IMG/VR virus record: IMGVR_UViG_3300006153_000003
Direction: 5' to 3' (one strand)
Source: a virus
Lineage: Duplodnaviria > Caudoviricetes
Length of the DNA stretch: 64,000 nt
Shown in pieces: positions 8,471-18,973 of this stretch (within the stretch, counting starts at the first letter, position 1; each line of letters starts with the position of its first letter). The notes beneath the pieces are model-generated. The model saw only the letters and a list, made by a program, of their open reading frames with translations. It had not been told where the DNA came from and ran no database searches. The position numbers were made by a program, and so were the translations under genes.

Positions 8471-10202
8471 CAATGTTAACAACCTAACTCAAGCAACTAC
8501 AACATATAGTGTTTCTTTTAATTGGCACGGGATTCCCTGTGCCTTTCTTTATTTATAACCACTAATACGATTAAAATATTGCACAAAATTCGCCCATAAA
8601 AACCAGCATATTTACTATTGACATAAGCTCCAAAAAATGCGGCGCAGCCCTTGTTTATATTACTTTTTTAAGGGGGCTGCATCGTATGAATTTAATTCAA
8701 ATCTTAGTCGATATTATCTGTAACACATTACTTGATCCACATGTCCTTGAACGGGCCAGAAACAGAAAAGGGGCTTTTACACGCAATTGCGGGAAACTTC
8801 CCTATTGGACATTGATCAAACTGTTATTAAGAAATTCCAAGAAAACTATTTCTTCATCACTGGATGAATTCTTTACCGAATTGCGGCATATATCAGGAAT
8901 TCCAATCTCTGATACTGTGAAATGTTCCCAACAGGCTTTCAGCAAGGCCCGTTCCGGCATTGATCACTCTATTTTCAAAGAATGCTTCGAACGTGTACTT
9001 GACTTCCTTTGCAGCAGGGATTCCCTGGATTTCCATTCACGTTTCATGGGTGTATGGGGACGGCAGATCATTGCTGTTGACGGCTCTAAAATACCTCTTC
9101 CTAACCGTAAGACTCTTCTTGATAAATACGGCAGCATAGGGAGAGGCCAAAACTCTCCCACTGCCATTGCCAGTGTTGCTTTTGATGTACTGAATCACCG
9201 CATCCTTGATGCACAGCTCGAACCCATGAGCGTCGGTGAACGTACCCTTGCCATAAGGCATATGCAAAATATAAAAAGCAAAGCACGGACGAATCTATTA
9301 TACACCATATTTGTCTTCGATAGGGGATATGCTTCAAAAAATTTATTTTCTTTTATCGAAGACACCTTACATGCCGGATATCTCTTCCGGTTAAGGACTA
9401 AATTTAACACGGATATTGATGCACTCCCTGTACCGGCGGATCGAAATGGAATCAGTGACTATATCTTTTTCCTTGATGGCAGGAAAGTACGCATCCTTAA
9501 ATTTTACCTCCCAAGTGGGACGGTGGAAACGCTGATCACAAATGATTTTGACCTTGCCAAAGAACTGTTCCGCCAGTGTTACTTCCTTAGATGGCCGGTG
9601 GAGGAGAATTATAAGCTTGTCAAAGAAAAGATCGGGCTCACTAATTTCCGGGGCTATTCCGAGAACTCCGTTCTCCAGGAATTCTGGATATCGGTATTGC
9701 TTGCAAACCTGGCTCTTGCCATAAAGCGGGAGACGGACGGCATTGTTGACAGCACCATAAACCAGAAAGGGAATCAGAACAAATATATGACAAACATGAA
9801 TGAGCTTGTCGGATACCTGAGCCGTCACATAGGAGAATATATGGATGCTGATACAGACACAGAAAAGTATGGCATCATCCGCTGTATATTTGATTTTGCC
9901 GTATCTCACCGGGTGCGTGACAAAAAGGGCAGCGGGGAATCAAATCTACGTACAACTCCAAGAAAAGTCAAACATCATTACAATAACAAGACTACACACT
10001 AATACCATTTAAGAAAGGTGGTGGTGCCAGTTTCTTTATATTCTACAATACAAACGCCATATCTAAAAAAACAGCTGATAGCAACCAAGGGGAAAGTCTG
10101 CCCTTTTTTCAGTGTATTTTAATCATTTCTATCATCTGCTATTATTGGTTTAATAGCTTAATCCTATTGTGATATCATGCCACTACTAAGTTGTTAACAT
10201 TG
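8471..10202 (+). mobile_element. IS4-family insertion sequence
   Basis: Terminal inverted repeats CAATGTTAACAAC / GTTGTTAACATTG; 10-bp target duplication ATATTGAAAC at 8461-8470 and 10203-10212; higher GC. Confidence 0.93.
8686..10002 (+). CDS. IS4-family DDE transposase
   Basis: AVDGS, FDRGY and YFLRWPVEENYK (YREK) motifs; SQQAFSKAR. Confidence 0.93.
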   Translation: MNLIQILVDIICNTLLDPHVLERARNRKGAFTRNCGKLPYWTLIKLLLRNSKKTISSSLDEFFTELRHISGIPISDTVKCSQQAFSKARSGIDHSIFKECFERVLDFLCSRDSLDFHSRFMGVWGRQIIAVDGSKIPLPNRKTLLDKYGSIGRGQNSPTAIASVAFDVLNHRILDAQLEPMSVGERTLAIRHMQNIKSKARTNLLYTIFVFDRGYASKNLFSFIEDTLHAGYLFRLRTKFNTDIDALPVPADRNGISDYIFFLDGRKVRILKFYLPSGTVETLITNDFDLAKELFRQCYFLRWPVEENYKLVKEKIGLTNFRGYSENSVLQEFWISVLLANLALAIKRETDGIVDSTINQKGNQNKYMTNMNELVGYLSRHIGEYMDADTDTEKYGIIRCIFDFAVSHRVRDKKGSGESNLRTTPRKVKHHYNNKTTH

Positions 10203-10502
10203 ATATTGAAACACCTCCTCATTCTGGCATATAATACACATAGCTCGGATTTTGCTTTCCCACACCAGTCGCCTCGCATTCCTTTAAATACTGATATGTA
10301 TCACATATTTCATTTAATGTTTTAATGGCTTCTCCTTCTGATTTGTATCTTCCAAGATTGCATGAACTTTCAGTATTACCATTATATGACTGCACAAATT
10401 ATTCTGAATTTTGTAAAACTATACAAATAGAATCTATACCTTCCATCACAACTATCGTTGTTTTATCCTGAGATCTTATAAGTATACCTTTATCCTCGTC
10501 TT

Positions 10503-10772
10503 CTAATATTCTTCATAATCTATCTCACATTTTTCTTCCGGCGCTGACTTCTCTGCCTCATTGACTTTTGTAAGAGCTATATTCCTATCAAAAAATACAA
10601 TTTTTTCAATATCAGTATTATTGAAGAGATATGCCCGTTTATCTCTTTTGTCTACGGCAACAAACCAGGAATCTCTTACTGTGCGCACTATTAATTCACA
10701 CACTTCATAAATCCTTGTCCTAGGAATAACCCGGGCATAATATAAACTATCTTTTCTCTTTAATCGCACCAT
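10503..10772 (-). CDS. Hypothetical phage protein
   Basis: 89-aa ORF overlapping the nrdG stop. Confidence 0.6.
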   Translation of the reverse strand: MVRLKRKDSLYYARVIPRTRIYEVCELIVRTVRDSWFVAVDKRDKRAYLFNNTDIEKIVFFDRNIALTKVNEAEKSAPEEKCEIDYEEY

Positions 10773-11395
10773 AATACAACTTCACCTTGCTGCAATGATT
10801 TTTGCACATCTATTACCCTCTGGTTTCTGGATCCACGCCATTTAAGTGTTATATCTCTCTGATCTTCAATATACCTACCATCTATAAGCACATCACACTG
10901 GGAAACTATTTGCTGCCTTTTCCATCTGCCTATAGATAACTTCTCCATAGTCTGAGGATGATAATGCCATTGAGGATCAAATATATGGTCCCATTCATAT
11001 CCAGTGTAAAGCCAAATAGATTTACGGGGTGTTGAAAGGCGGATTTCATTCGGATTAGCACACAACATACAGTGTTTGTATTCTTTATTTTGCACTATAT
11101 CTTGTTTGATATTGTACCGAACATTCACCTCAGTCACTAAATCTAGGACATCATCAAGATTTTCTTCAAAAAGCGGGTCCCCTCCCGTCAATGTCAGCCC
11201 AGAAATATAGTTTTTATCAAGTTCTCTGAATAATTCTTTTTTTGATGCTTTGCCAAATGAGATACCACTCTTAGCAGCCCATGTTTGAGGATTTTGACAT
11301 CCCTTACATCTATGAGCACAACCTGAGAGCCATAATACCACTCTCAAGCCTTCCCCGTTGCATACATCTTCTTTATCTATTTTAAAATAGTTCAT
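10760..11395 (-). CDS. nrdG: Anaerobic ribonucleotide reductase activase
   Basis: NGEGLR, CxxxCxxC, GGDP and WRGSRNQR motifs; follows nrdD. Confidence 0.95.
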   Translation of the reverse strand: MNYFKIDKEDVCNGEGLRVVLWLSGCAHRCKGCQNPQTWAAKSGISFGKASKKELFRELDKNYISGLTLTGGDPLFEENLDDVLDLVTEVNVRYNIKQDIVQNKEYKHCMLCANPNEIRLSTPRKSIWLYTGYEWDHIFDPQWHYHPQTMEKLSIGRWKRQQIVSQCDVLIDGRYIEDQRDITLKWRGSRNQRVIDVQKSLQQGEVVLWCD

Positions 11396-11403
11396 ACACT
11401 CTC

Positions 11404-14400
11404 CTAAAATTTCTGATGTTTTATCCGCATTTCAACCTCTTGTTGTTTACCTTCGTTAAACGCCGTTTTATAATCTCCTGTCAAATATCCGGTTACTCTA
11501 CGAAGTCTACGAATTTCATTACATCCACACATAGGGCATTCTTTATTTATATCATCACAGTATCCGCAATTTATACACATATCATTTGGAACATTGACTG
11601 CGAAATAAGGTATATCTTTATCCATTGCATAATTAACGATAGACTCAAGTGCATCCAAATTATTTTTAACGCTACCATTGAGTTCAACATATGTTATGCA
11701 TCCTGCACTACTATAACCAGTAAGTTGAGACTCAATATCAATCTTTTCAGTTGGAGACATTTTAATCCATACAGGAACATGTATAGAATTTGTAAAAAAC
11801 TTTTTATCAGATATTTTAGGAATTACTCCATATTCTTCTTGAAATTTCTTCATTGCTGTAAAACACAAATTTTCAGCTGGGGTATAATAAACTCCAAAAT
11901 TCAACTTATACTGTTCTTTAAATTCTGTGCATCTGTCTTTAAATAATTGTTCAATTCGTTTTGCTAAATTCATGCCTTTTTCTGTAGTATGATCACAGTC
12001 AATAAGTATCTGAAGTGTTTCTGCTAATCCTAATTGCCCCATTGCAAGTGTTCCATGCTTTAGAGCTGAGCGAATATTTTTTCCATCATATCCTTCCATA
12101 ACTTTATTTTCGTACATAAATTTAGCTGAATCAGAAGATTGGCTACAAATCCATTCAAATCTTTCAAGCAACATATCCTTTGCTTCATGAATTTTTTCAT
12201 CCAGAAGGTTAAAAAAATCCTCGATTATATATTCTTCTGTACAATCAATATCAAAATCGTCTATCGTTCTCTTTTTTGATCTCATTGCCAATGTCGGCAT
12301 AATAATTGTTACAGGGCAAATATTGCCTCTACCATCTTTTAATTGTCCAAATCCATTAATATCCCAACCATTTGCTGTTCTGCAATTATGACTATAAATT
12401 CCACTGACCTCAAAATGATCACTTTCAGTTTCTACATCATAACTGTATTCCAACATATTACTGATCGGTGCTATACTATTTATTTCTGACTTAAAAAAAT
12501 AATTACTGCTTTCATTTTCTATATAATTATCAAGTTTTTTCTGTGAAACAATAAACGTTAGCAAATCATCATTAGGTACAAATTCAACTCTATATCTTAT
12601 TGCATTTGGATTCTTTTTTGAATAATGATTCTGATATACTGCACATGGCATTCCTAATGATTGCGCTAATGCCATTTGTTGTAATGCTAATTCTTTATTT
12701 GTTGAACCAAGTTGTACAACCGATACATTATGTCTACTAGCATTTATATAACCATCTGCATCTATCATACCTGCTAAAAAACTCAACTTCGCATTATAGT
12801 TCCATGAGAATACTTCATTTGGAATATGTCTTCTTGCTTTTGTAAGTCCTTCATATTTTGTTGATAAATAGTCAATAATATTTGTAACATTACCCATAGA
12901 AAATAAATCTTTATATCTTCCTTTATATCCTCTATGTCTTTCTATTACTTTGACAGAATTATCAAAACATTCTTTCATTCGTTCAATATAAGCAAGTTCT
13001 ATATCATTTTCAGTATCAAATGCAATAGATGATGATAAATGTCCATCATAGCATCCGTCACACAAAATGAACCCTAATAACCAAGCTTTATGCTCATCAA
13101 AAACAAGACTTTCTTCATAATATTGAGAAGGATTTATACTTATAATATCATTCCTTTTAAGTTCATCGGCTCTAATCCTTCCCCGATTTGTATGGAATGG
13201 ATGATCTATTGTACAAATTAATGAACGACCATGTGACATTTTAATATTTAGCCATTCCGAGCTTGTATTCCTAATAACCTTTTTAACTGAAACAAAACCT
13301 TTTTCTGTATCATAAATTTTTACATTGTCAACTTCTAAATATAAATTCTTATTATTTCCATTTTGTTGTTTAGCATTAAAATAGTCAGAAAGACGGTTCC
13401 ACATACGTTTAAAAGATTCCACATATAAATTATCTTTGAATTTATACGTTATTATTTCGTTTCCTTCTACACATCCCATCGTACTAAAATATGTTTTAGG
13501 ATCGTTTCTGTCATATCCCTTATTACCAGACCAATCTACATTTGCATAATTCGGATATAATCGTTGAGCTGTAGATTTAAGTGCTAACCTATACAAGTCA
13601 TAATTCGGATCTTCTGGTTTCCTATTTACACCGTTCATACATTGAAAAATTCCACAAGGGAAAATACTTGTCTTATGTAATTTGCCAATCCCCTCAATCG
13701 AAACTTCTAACAATGCTTTTGTTATCATTCTTCCCTCTGGTTCTGTACAAGTTCCATAATTAATGCTAGTGAACGGTAATTGATTCCCTGATCGACTTTG
13801 TAAAGTATTCAAATTGTGATAGAGTCCTTCGACGGCTTGATATACTTCTTTCTCAGTTTTGTCCATAGCATATTTATATGCTTTTGATTTAAATTCGAAA
13901 TATGTAGAATCTTTAACTGATGGATTATCTTTCTCGTAATCTTTTAGATTCGTTTCGATCCACTCATTATCCATACATTCGATATATTTCATTCCATCGA
14001 GATAATGCTTATAAAAACTTTTTCTCACATATGGGATCATAGTCCAATCAAGATGTGTAGCTGAAACACCACCAAACTGTTGCAAAGATTGTAATTGAAA
14101 TATAACTGCCACTAATTGAAAAGCTGTACTTACTGATTGTGCAGGTCTTACATCTGTTTGTCTTGTATTAAATCCTTCTGCTAATAATTTGTCAAAAGGA
14201 ATTGATAAGCAATTATGACATCCTACGGCATAACTATTTAAATCATGAATGTAAATTTCGTTATTTAAATGGTTGTTTTTTGCCATTTCTGACATACAAT
14301 TATCCAATGCATATTTTTTTAAAACAGTATCACTTGCTTCACCAACACGTCCACCAAATGATTTCTCATCAACATTTGCATTTTGATTTTGAACGTTCTT

Positions 14401-14727
14401 AGCATTAAGTTTTTCAGAAATATCTTTCATAAGTTGAGTATTTTTTTCTCTAATAGCTGTTCTATTATTTCTATATATAATGTACCGTCTTGCAACATCT
14501 TTTCGATTGGATATCATTAATTTTTCTTCTACTAAATTCTGAATCTCTTCTACAGTCATATCTTTATTTAATGACGCTATGTAATTGGCAATATCCCTTG
14601 CTTTTTCTTTTGCATATGCAGTTTCATCACTATCAACATCAAAAAATGCTTTCAGAACAGCAATCTTAATTTTTTCTTTATCAAATTTAACTTTTCGTCC
14701 ATCCCTTTTTTCTATCTGCAATAACAA
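11404..14727 (-). CDS. nrdD: Class III anaerobic ribonucleotide reductase with ATP cone; intein-containing
   Basis: ATP cone, YIHDL, HNCL, MG|CR, C-terminal CxxC...CxxC and RRVTGYL glycyl-radical motif. Confidence 0.96.
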   Translation of the reverse strand: MLLQIEKRDGRKVKFDKEKIKIAVLKAFFDVDSDETAYAKEKARDIANYIASLNKDMTVEEIQNLVEEKLMISNRKDVARRYIIYRNNRTAIREKNTQLMKDISEKLNAKNVQNQNANVDEKSFGGRVGEASDTVLKKYALDNCMSEMAKNNHLNNEIYIHDLNSYAVGCHNCLSIPFDKLLAEGFNTRQTDVRPAQSVSTAFQLVAVIFQLQSLQQFGGVSATHLDWTMIPYVRKSFYKHYLDGMKYIECMDNEWIETNLKDYEKDNPSVKDSTYFEFKSKAYKYAMDKTEKEVYQAVEGLYHNLNTLQSRSGNQLPFTSINYGTCTEPEGRMITKALLEVSIEGIGKLHKTSIFPCGIFQCMNGVNRKPEDPNYDLYRLALKSTAQRLYPNYANVDWSGNKGYDRNDPKTYFSTMGCVEGNEIITYKFKDNLYVESFKRMWNRLSDYFNAKQQNGNNKNLYLEVDNVKIYDTEKGFVSVKKVIRNTSSEWLNIKMSHGRSLICTIDHPFHTNRGRIRADELKRNDIISINPSQYYEESLVFDEHKAWLLGFILCDGCYDGHLSSSIAFDTENDIELAYIERMKECFDNSVKVIERHRGYKGRYKDLFSMGNVTNIIDYLSTKYEGLTKARRHIPNEVFSWNYNAKLSFLAGMIDADGYINASRHNVSVVQLGSTNKELALQQMALAQSLGMPCAVYQNHYSKKNPNAIRYRVEFVPNDDLLTFIVSQKKLDNYIENESSNYFFKSEINSIAPISNMLEYSYDVETESDHFEVSGIYSHNCRTANGWDINGFGQLKDGRGNICPVTIIMPTLAMRSKKRTIDDFDIDCTEEYIIEDFFNLLDEKIHEAKDMLLERFEWICSQSSDSAKFMYENKVMEGYDGKNIRSALKHGTLAMGQLGLAETLQILIDCDHTTEKGMNLAKRIEQLFKDRCTEFKEQYKLNFGVYYTPAENLCFTAMKKFQEEYGVIPKISDKKFFTNSIHVPVWIKMSPTEKIDIESQLTGYSSAGCITYVELNGSVKNNLDALESIVNYAMDKDIPYFAVNVPNDMCINCGYCDDINKECPMCGCNEIRRLRRVTGYLTGDYKTAFNEGKQQEVEMRIKHQKF
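12385..13473 (-). mobile_element. Intein (363 aa) with LAGLIDADG homing endonuclease in nrdD
   Basis: Begins C (CVEGNE), block B TIDHPF, LLGFILCDG and LAGMIDADG motifs, ends SHN followed by Cys. Confidence 0.95.
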
Positions 14728-14895
14728 ATACCTCCAACATTAATTTATCTTTCATCAACTAATTCTTCTAATACACCACCAATTTCAGCGATAACTATTC
14801 CTACTGCCACAGGTACGACCGATTTACTAATTAGTGTAATAATTCCACCAACCACTCTAACCGTTGATTTTGCCAAACTGATGAATAGATGTCCT

Positions 14896-15432
14896 TTACT
14901 GTTCATTTGTTTTTCTAACCTCCTCTGCGATTTTATCTGCTATCATATTGCAATTATAATCACTTGATGTTGTAGTCTCATATGGGATATCCATATCCTC
15001 TAACATTTTAATAATCCTATTTCTTACTTCCTGGGCTTCTTCTTCATTCTGGAATCTCCCGGAGTTTTCATAAGTATGATACCTTGTGAGTAAATAATTT
15101 CTGTTATTATATGAATTGAAAACATTTAGAACTGTTTTATTAAAATTATCTCCTAACGTTTCATCTGAATTGTATACTGCACAGAGTATCAATGGAGAAT
15201 CTACAACCATAACTTCTACTTTATCTTTTACTCTCCCCATTTTGAAAGATTGTTTTCCAAACATATATTCCTGATGTTTAAAAACCTCTCCATTGCTTTC
15301 ATAGACTTTATCTTTCGCAAATTCAGATACATACTCGGCATTAATGCCTTTTCTTTTCAATTTTGCTGTGATATCCATAGCAGCGGTACTCTTACCGGCA
15401 GATGGTTCACCAAACAAATTTATCACTATCAT
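14896..15432 (-). CDS. NadR/AAA_28-like P-loop kinase
   Basis: GEPSAGKST Walker A; EYVSEFAKD; VVDSP. Confidence 0.75.
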   Translation of the reverse strand: MIVINLFGEPSAGKSTAAMDITAKLKRKGINAEYVSEFAKDKVYESNGEVFKHQEYMFGKQSFKMGRVKDKVEVMVVDSPLILCAVYNSDETLGDNFNKTVLNVFNSYNNRNYLLTRYHTYENSGRFQNEEEAQEVRNRIIKMLEDMDIPYETTTSSDYNCNMIADKIAEEVRKTNEQ

Positions 15433-15434
15433 TG

Positions 15435-15653
15435 CTATTCTCTCCTCCTTCTCTTATTGTATATTCTTGTAAATGAAACAAAAGCAATTGCAGCAATCAA
15501 TATCTCAACACCATATTTAGGAACCAGGTATGAAAATGAAAAAATAACGCCAGATGTTCCAAACACCAAAAACATTATGTATACTTCAAAGATGTAATTC
15601 CACACATTGGTTAATATCTTCTTTAATTTATTCTTTAATTTATTCTTCTTCAT
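15435..15653 (-). CDS. Small membrane protein
   Basis: Two hydrophobic segments. Confidence 0.55.
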   Translation of the reverse strand: MKKNKLKNKLKKILTNVWNYIFEVYIMFLVFGTSGVIFSFSYLVPKYGVEILIAAIAFVSFTRIYNKRRRRE

Positions 15654-15903
15654 TTATACGCCACTTTCTAATAAAACAATAAAAATCATGTTCAATACTT
15701 GCATCTGGTGTACTAATGGTAACATCTATAGGACGGGTTAAATCTAGGCTGTAAATTCCCAGGACACTTTTCCCATCAATTACCTGACGATTCTGTTTTA
15801 CATCAATATCACCTGAATAATAATCACTACAGGCTTTTGTAAAACTATTCACATCATTAATTGTCTTTAACCGAATTCTCATATATTTTCCTCCACTATC
15901 CAT
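15640..15903 (-). CDS. HPr-family protein lacking His15 (probable start 15882)
   Basis: IDGKSVLGIYSL Ser46 motif. Confidence 0.8.
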   Translation of the reverse strand: MDSGGKYMRIRLKTINDVNSFTKACSDYYSGDIDVKQNRQVIDGKSVLGIYSLDLTRPIDVTISTPDASIEHDFYCFIRKWRINEEE

Positions 15904-16130
15904 CTATAAATTGAATTCAAAAACTGTTCAACTATTTTTTTATCTTTTGAATGAATTGTCACATGTGCAATCTTTCCCAATGTTGTTGATAGGATTCCTA
16001 GTAAAGATTTTGCGTCTATTACATATCTTCCAATTACATAATCAACGTCTTCATCAAATTCCTCACAGACTTTTGAAAAATCTTTCGCACTATCTATACT
16101 ATTCAATTTAACTTTTACTGTGCTATTCAT
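15879..16130 (-). CDS. HPr-family protein lacking His15
   Basis: IDAKSLLGILS Ser46 motif. Confidence 0.8.
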   Translation of the reverse strand: MNSTVKVKLNSIDSAKDFSKVCEEFDEDVDYVIGRYVIDAKSLLGILSTTLGKIAHVTIHSKDKKIVEQFLNSIYRWIVEENI

Positions 16131-16554
16131 TGTTTTGCCTCCGGTACGCCTCTACAACATTTTCTAACAGAGCTAATCTTTGCATCTCTTCATCAAAATA
16201 TTTAATCTTGCCAAACACACTATCATCTTTAAGTACACCAACATCTTTCCCAGGAGAAATGCAATTTAAATATGCATAGCTATATGAAACATTAGTTTGA
16301 ATAATAATGCCATTTACTATTTCATCATTACTAAATGCATTTACCATGTTACATATTTCATTCTGTGTGAAATTTTCAAAATTGAAATAGACTAAATCAA
16401 TACCAATATTATCACAATCTTTTTTAAGATCTTTATAATATGCGCTATACGTTTTGTCATTCATAACTTGAATCATGATTAATGTTGGTACTTTTTCCAA
16501 TTTTGCCACGTTCTCGATTAAATTTTCTCTTACAATTTTCTGTGCAATATTCAT
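16123..16554 (-). CDS. FolD N-terminal-domain-only protein
   Basis: PTLIMIQV, Y...K..C..IGI, VNGIIIQ, ISPGKDV; NAD(P)-binding domain absent. Confidence 0.65.
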   Translation of the reverse strand: MNIAQKIVRENLIENVAKLEKVPTLIMIQVMNDKTYSAYYKDLKKDCDNIGIDLVYFNFENFTQNEICNMVNAFSNDEIVNGIIIQTNVSYSYAYLNCISPGKDVGVLKDDSVFGKIKYFDEEMQRLALLENVVEAYRRQNNE

Positions 16555-16577
16555 TTTTTCACATCCTCTTTCTGCAT

Positions 16578-17018
16578 TTAAGTATTATTAACATAATGTC
16601 TAATCATATAAAGAATCAGTTCCTCCCTGTCTGTAAATATTCTTTCACAAAACTCTTTAAGCCATGGGTGTATAATATTTTCTTCTCCATTTTCACATAA
16701 ACCAAATATTGGGATTCTATTCTCAGATGCAACTGCCATTTCACAGGCAGTTCCTATACTTTTTGGATCGTTGAAATTTACAATCAACGCATTAGAATTA
16801 CGGATTTTGTACAACTCAAAATTCATGATCTCTTTTTGACTCTTATATCCATAATCATCCAGGAAATTGAAATGATCATTAGGGTTACAACATTTTGCTT
16901 TCCCATCAGTTATTAGCTCTATTCGTGTTTTGATATTTTCTCTCCACTCATTGCATTCTTTGAAACGTTCTTTTCCAAACAGTCCCATGACACCGGAAAG
17001 ATAAAATAATTTTTCTAT
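16578..17018 (-). CDS. Nucleoside 2-deoxyribosyltransferase-like protein (probable ATA start)
   Basis: FYLSG, SIGTACEM, IIHPW motifs; GGAGGTG ahead of ATA at 17018. Confidence 0.7.
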   Translation of the reverse strand: MEKLFYLSGVMGLFGKERFKECNEWRENIKTRIELITDGKAKCCNPNDHFNFLDDYGYKSQKEIMNFELYKIRNSNALIVNFNDPKSIGTACEMAVASENRIPIFGLCENGEENIIHPWLKEFCERIFTDREELILYMIRHYVNNT

Positions 17019-17142
17019 GCAATCACCTCCAGAATTTATTTCTTTTTGAATTCTATAAGAATACAAATTAAACATATACCTATAATTGCACCCGTAAAAA
17101 ATCCAAGAGTTACTCCAAGTCCAAAACATGTAATATTATCCA

Positions 17143-17700
17143 TTATCTTTTCCTATCTCCTATCGTTTTCTTATATGTATATAAAATCATCTCTGCCAGA
17201 ATCTCAGGCTTTAATCCCAGATCGTTACTAAATGAAAAATCCACATAATTAATAATATCAGAGAAATCTTCTCGATCAGCATTTAACCTTCTCACGGCTT
17301 CATTTATATTATCTCCACGGCGTTTTAGCCTGTCCCAAACAGTTTCTTCACTAACGGAAATATAGAAAGAAACCGGATTAAGCGATTCTATATTTTTTAG
17401 TTGTTTTAATCCTTCTGGATTTACAATGATTACTTTATTATCTTTTAGATCCTCTACTGCACTTCCATAATACCAAATTTCCCCAGTCGCAACATGATAT
17501 GAAGTTGTCTCAGCAAAAAATCCTTCTTGCTTTCTTCTCAAAAAATCTTCTTTTGAGATAAAATGATATGTAATACCGTCCTTTTCTCCCGGTCGTGGAG
17601 GGCGAGTTGTATATGTTACAACCGTCTCCATATCATTTTCAACAAGATATTTCTTGATTAAGTCCTTTCCAGCACAACTCTTACCTATTAAGATCAGCAC
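17143..17700 (-). CDS. gmk: Guanylate kinase
   Basis: GKSCAGKD, TTRPPRPGEKDGITYHF and YYGS motifs. Confidence 0.9.
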   Translation of the reverse strand: MLILIGKSCAGKDLIKKYLVENDMETVVTYTTRPPRPGEKDGITYHFISKEDFLRRKQEGFFAETTSYHVATGEIWYYGSAVEDLKDNKVIIVNPEGLKQLKNIESLNPVSFYISVSEETVWDRLKRRGDNINEAVRRLNADREDFSDIINYVDFSFSNDLGLKPEILAEMILYTYKKTIGDRKR

Positions 17701-17703
17701 TAC

Positions 17704-18348
17704 TTATTCCTCCTCAGTTTCAATATCATCAAAAATAATAGGCAATTTCTCTTTCAATTCTGTTAATAGAGAAACCGCAACTTCTCTCATTTGTGGATGT
17801 GCTGCTTTTGTTGTTCTTAGCTTAAAGAAATTTCGCCATTCCCGATAATTTGCAGTAATGACAATTTCTGTTTTCGTGCTATTCGGGAGTACGGATCTTG
17901 CTTCCTGGGGTGTTGCACCATCCTCCAATAGCAACATGTATATTTTTTCACAACAAACCATTGCGCTACACCATCTGTTATATTTATCAGAATCTTCCTT
18001 CCAAAAGCATGGTTTGATAAATGTAATTTCCCCACCATGTTTTTCTTTAGAATAATTACAGTATCGTGTACTCTCCTGGGCAAATGATGCAATTCTATGG
18101 CGAACTAATTCATGTGATACACCACGATCAACAATAAGCTTTACTGATAAAGATGAGTGCTCTACCATCGCTTCATGACCTCTATCAATAATCATCTTAA
18201 CAAATTTCTTTGCTGATCCTCCATCTGCTGTAATTTTATCTTCCGACTTATAACATACTCGTCCTATTTTTTCAATATGCTGAAGTTCCTTAATTCCTCC
18301 TTGGGAAATAGGCGTTAAAATTTCAAATCCTGCATTTATAATTTTCAC
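17704..18348 (-). CDS. thyX: FAD-dependent thymidylate synthase
   Basis: RHRIASFAQESTRY, EARSVLP and AHPQMR motifs. Confidence 0.95.
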   Translation of the reverse strand: MKIINAGFEILTPISQGGIKELQHIEKIGRVCYKSEDKITADGGSAKKFVKMIIDRGHEAMVEHSSLSVKLIVDRGVSHELVRHRIASFAQESTRYCNYSKEKHGGEITFIKPCFWKEDSDKYNRWCSAMVCCEKIYMLLLEDGATPQEARSVLPNSTKTEIVITANYREWRNFFKLRTTKAAHPQMREVAVSLLTELKEKLPIIFDDIETEEE

Positions 18349-18973
18349 TATGTATCACTCCTTATAATTTTTTCATCATTTAACAAATACCATTCTTAAA
18401 AATTTCTATTGCTTTGCTTGTATAACATACTTCACATCCTGTATCATCATCCAAATATGGGCAAGCATTACATTGCATATTTATTTTTCCATCTCTCAAA
18501 TCACACAAATTTTTCATAACTTAATCTTGTTGGCTGTTCATTAATAAATTTAGCAGCATCATTAAACGATAAAGAATCTGCTCCTGCATCTTCTAAAGCC
18601 GAAAAGAAATCCAAGAGATTATTTGCATCAATTAATCTCATCCCAGTTTCTAATTTACTATTCTCCATTTTTATCTTCTTTCTCCTTGCTATTTACTAAT
18701 TCATCCCAGTTATCTATAATGTCTTTAATCACTTCATCACAATGTTCTTTATTTTTTCCTTTATAAATGGCCATTATATTATCACCTCCTTATCACTTCC
18801 TAAATAATTCTTCTTTATTTAATCAACACTTCTACTAAATAATGAAAACAAATCAGCGGGAGACATATCTAATACCAAGTCATCAAATCTATCGCATTGC
18901 TTCTTATACGGACAATCAAAACATTCTTGTCCTAAATCTCTACATTTATTCGCTAAATCCTGTACTGTCATAG

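Noticed and set aside
8497-8512. Single NrdR-box-like sequence inside the IS left end
   Set aside because: A lone imperfect copy inside a mobile element with no partner box.
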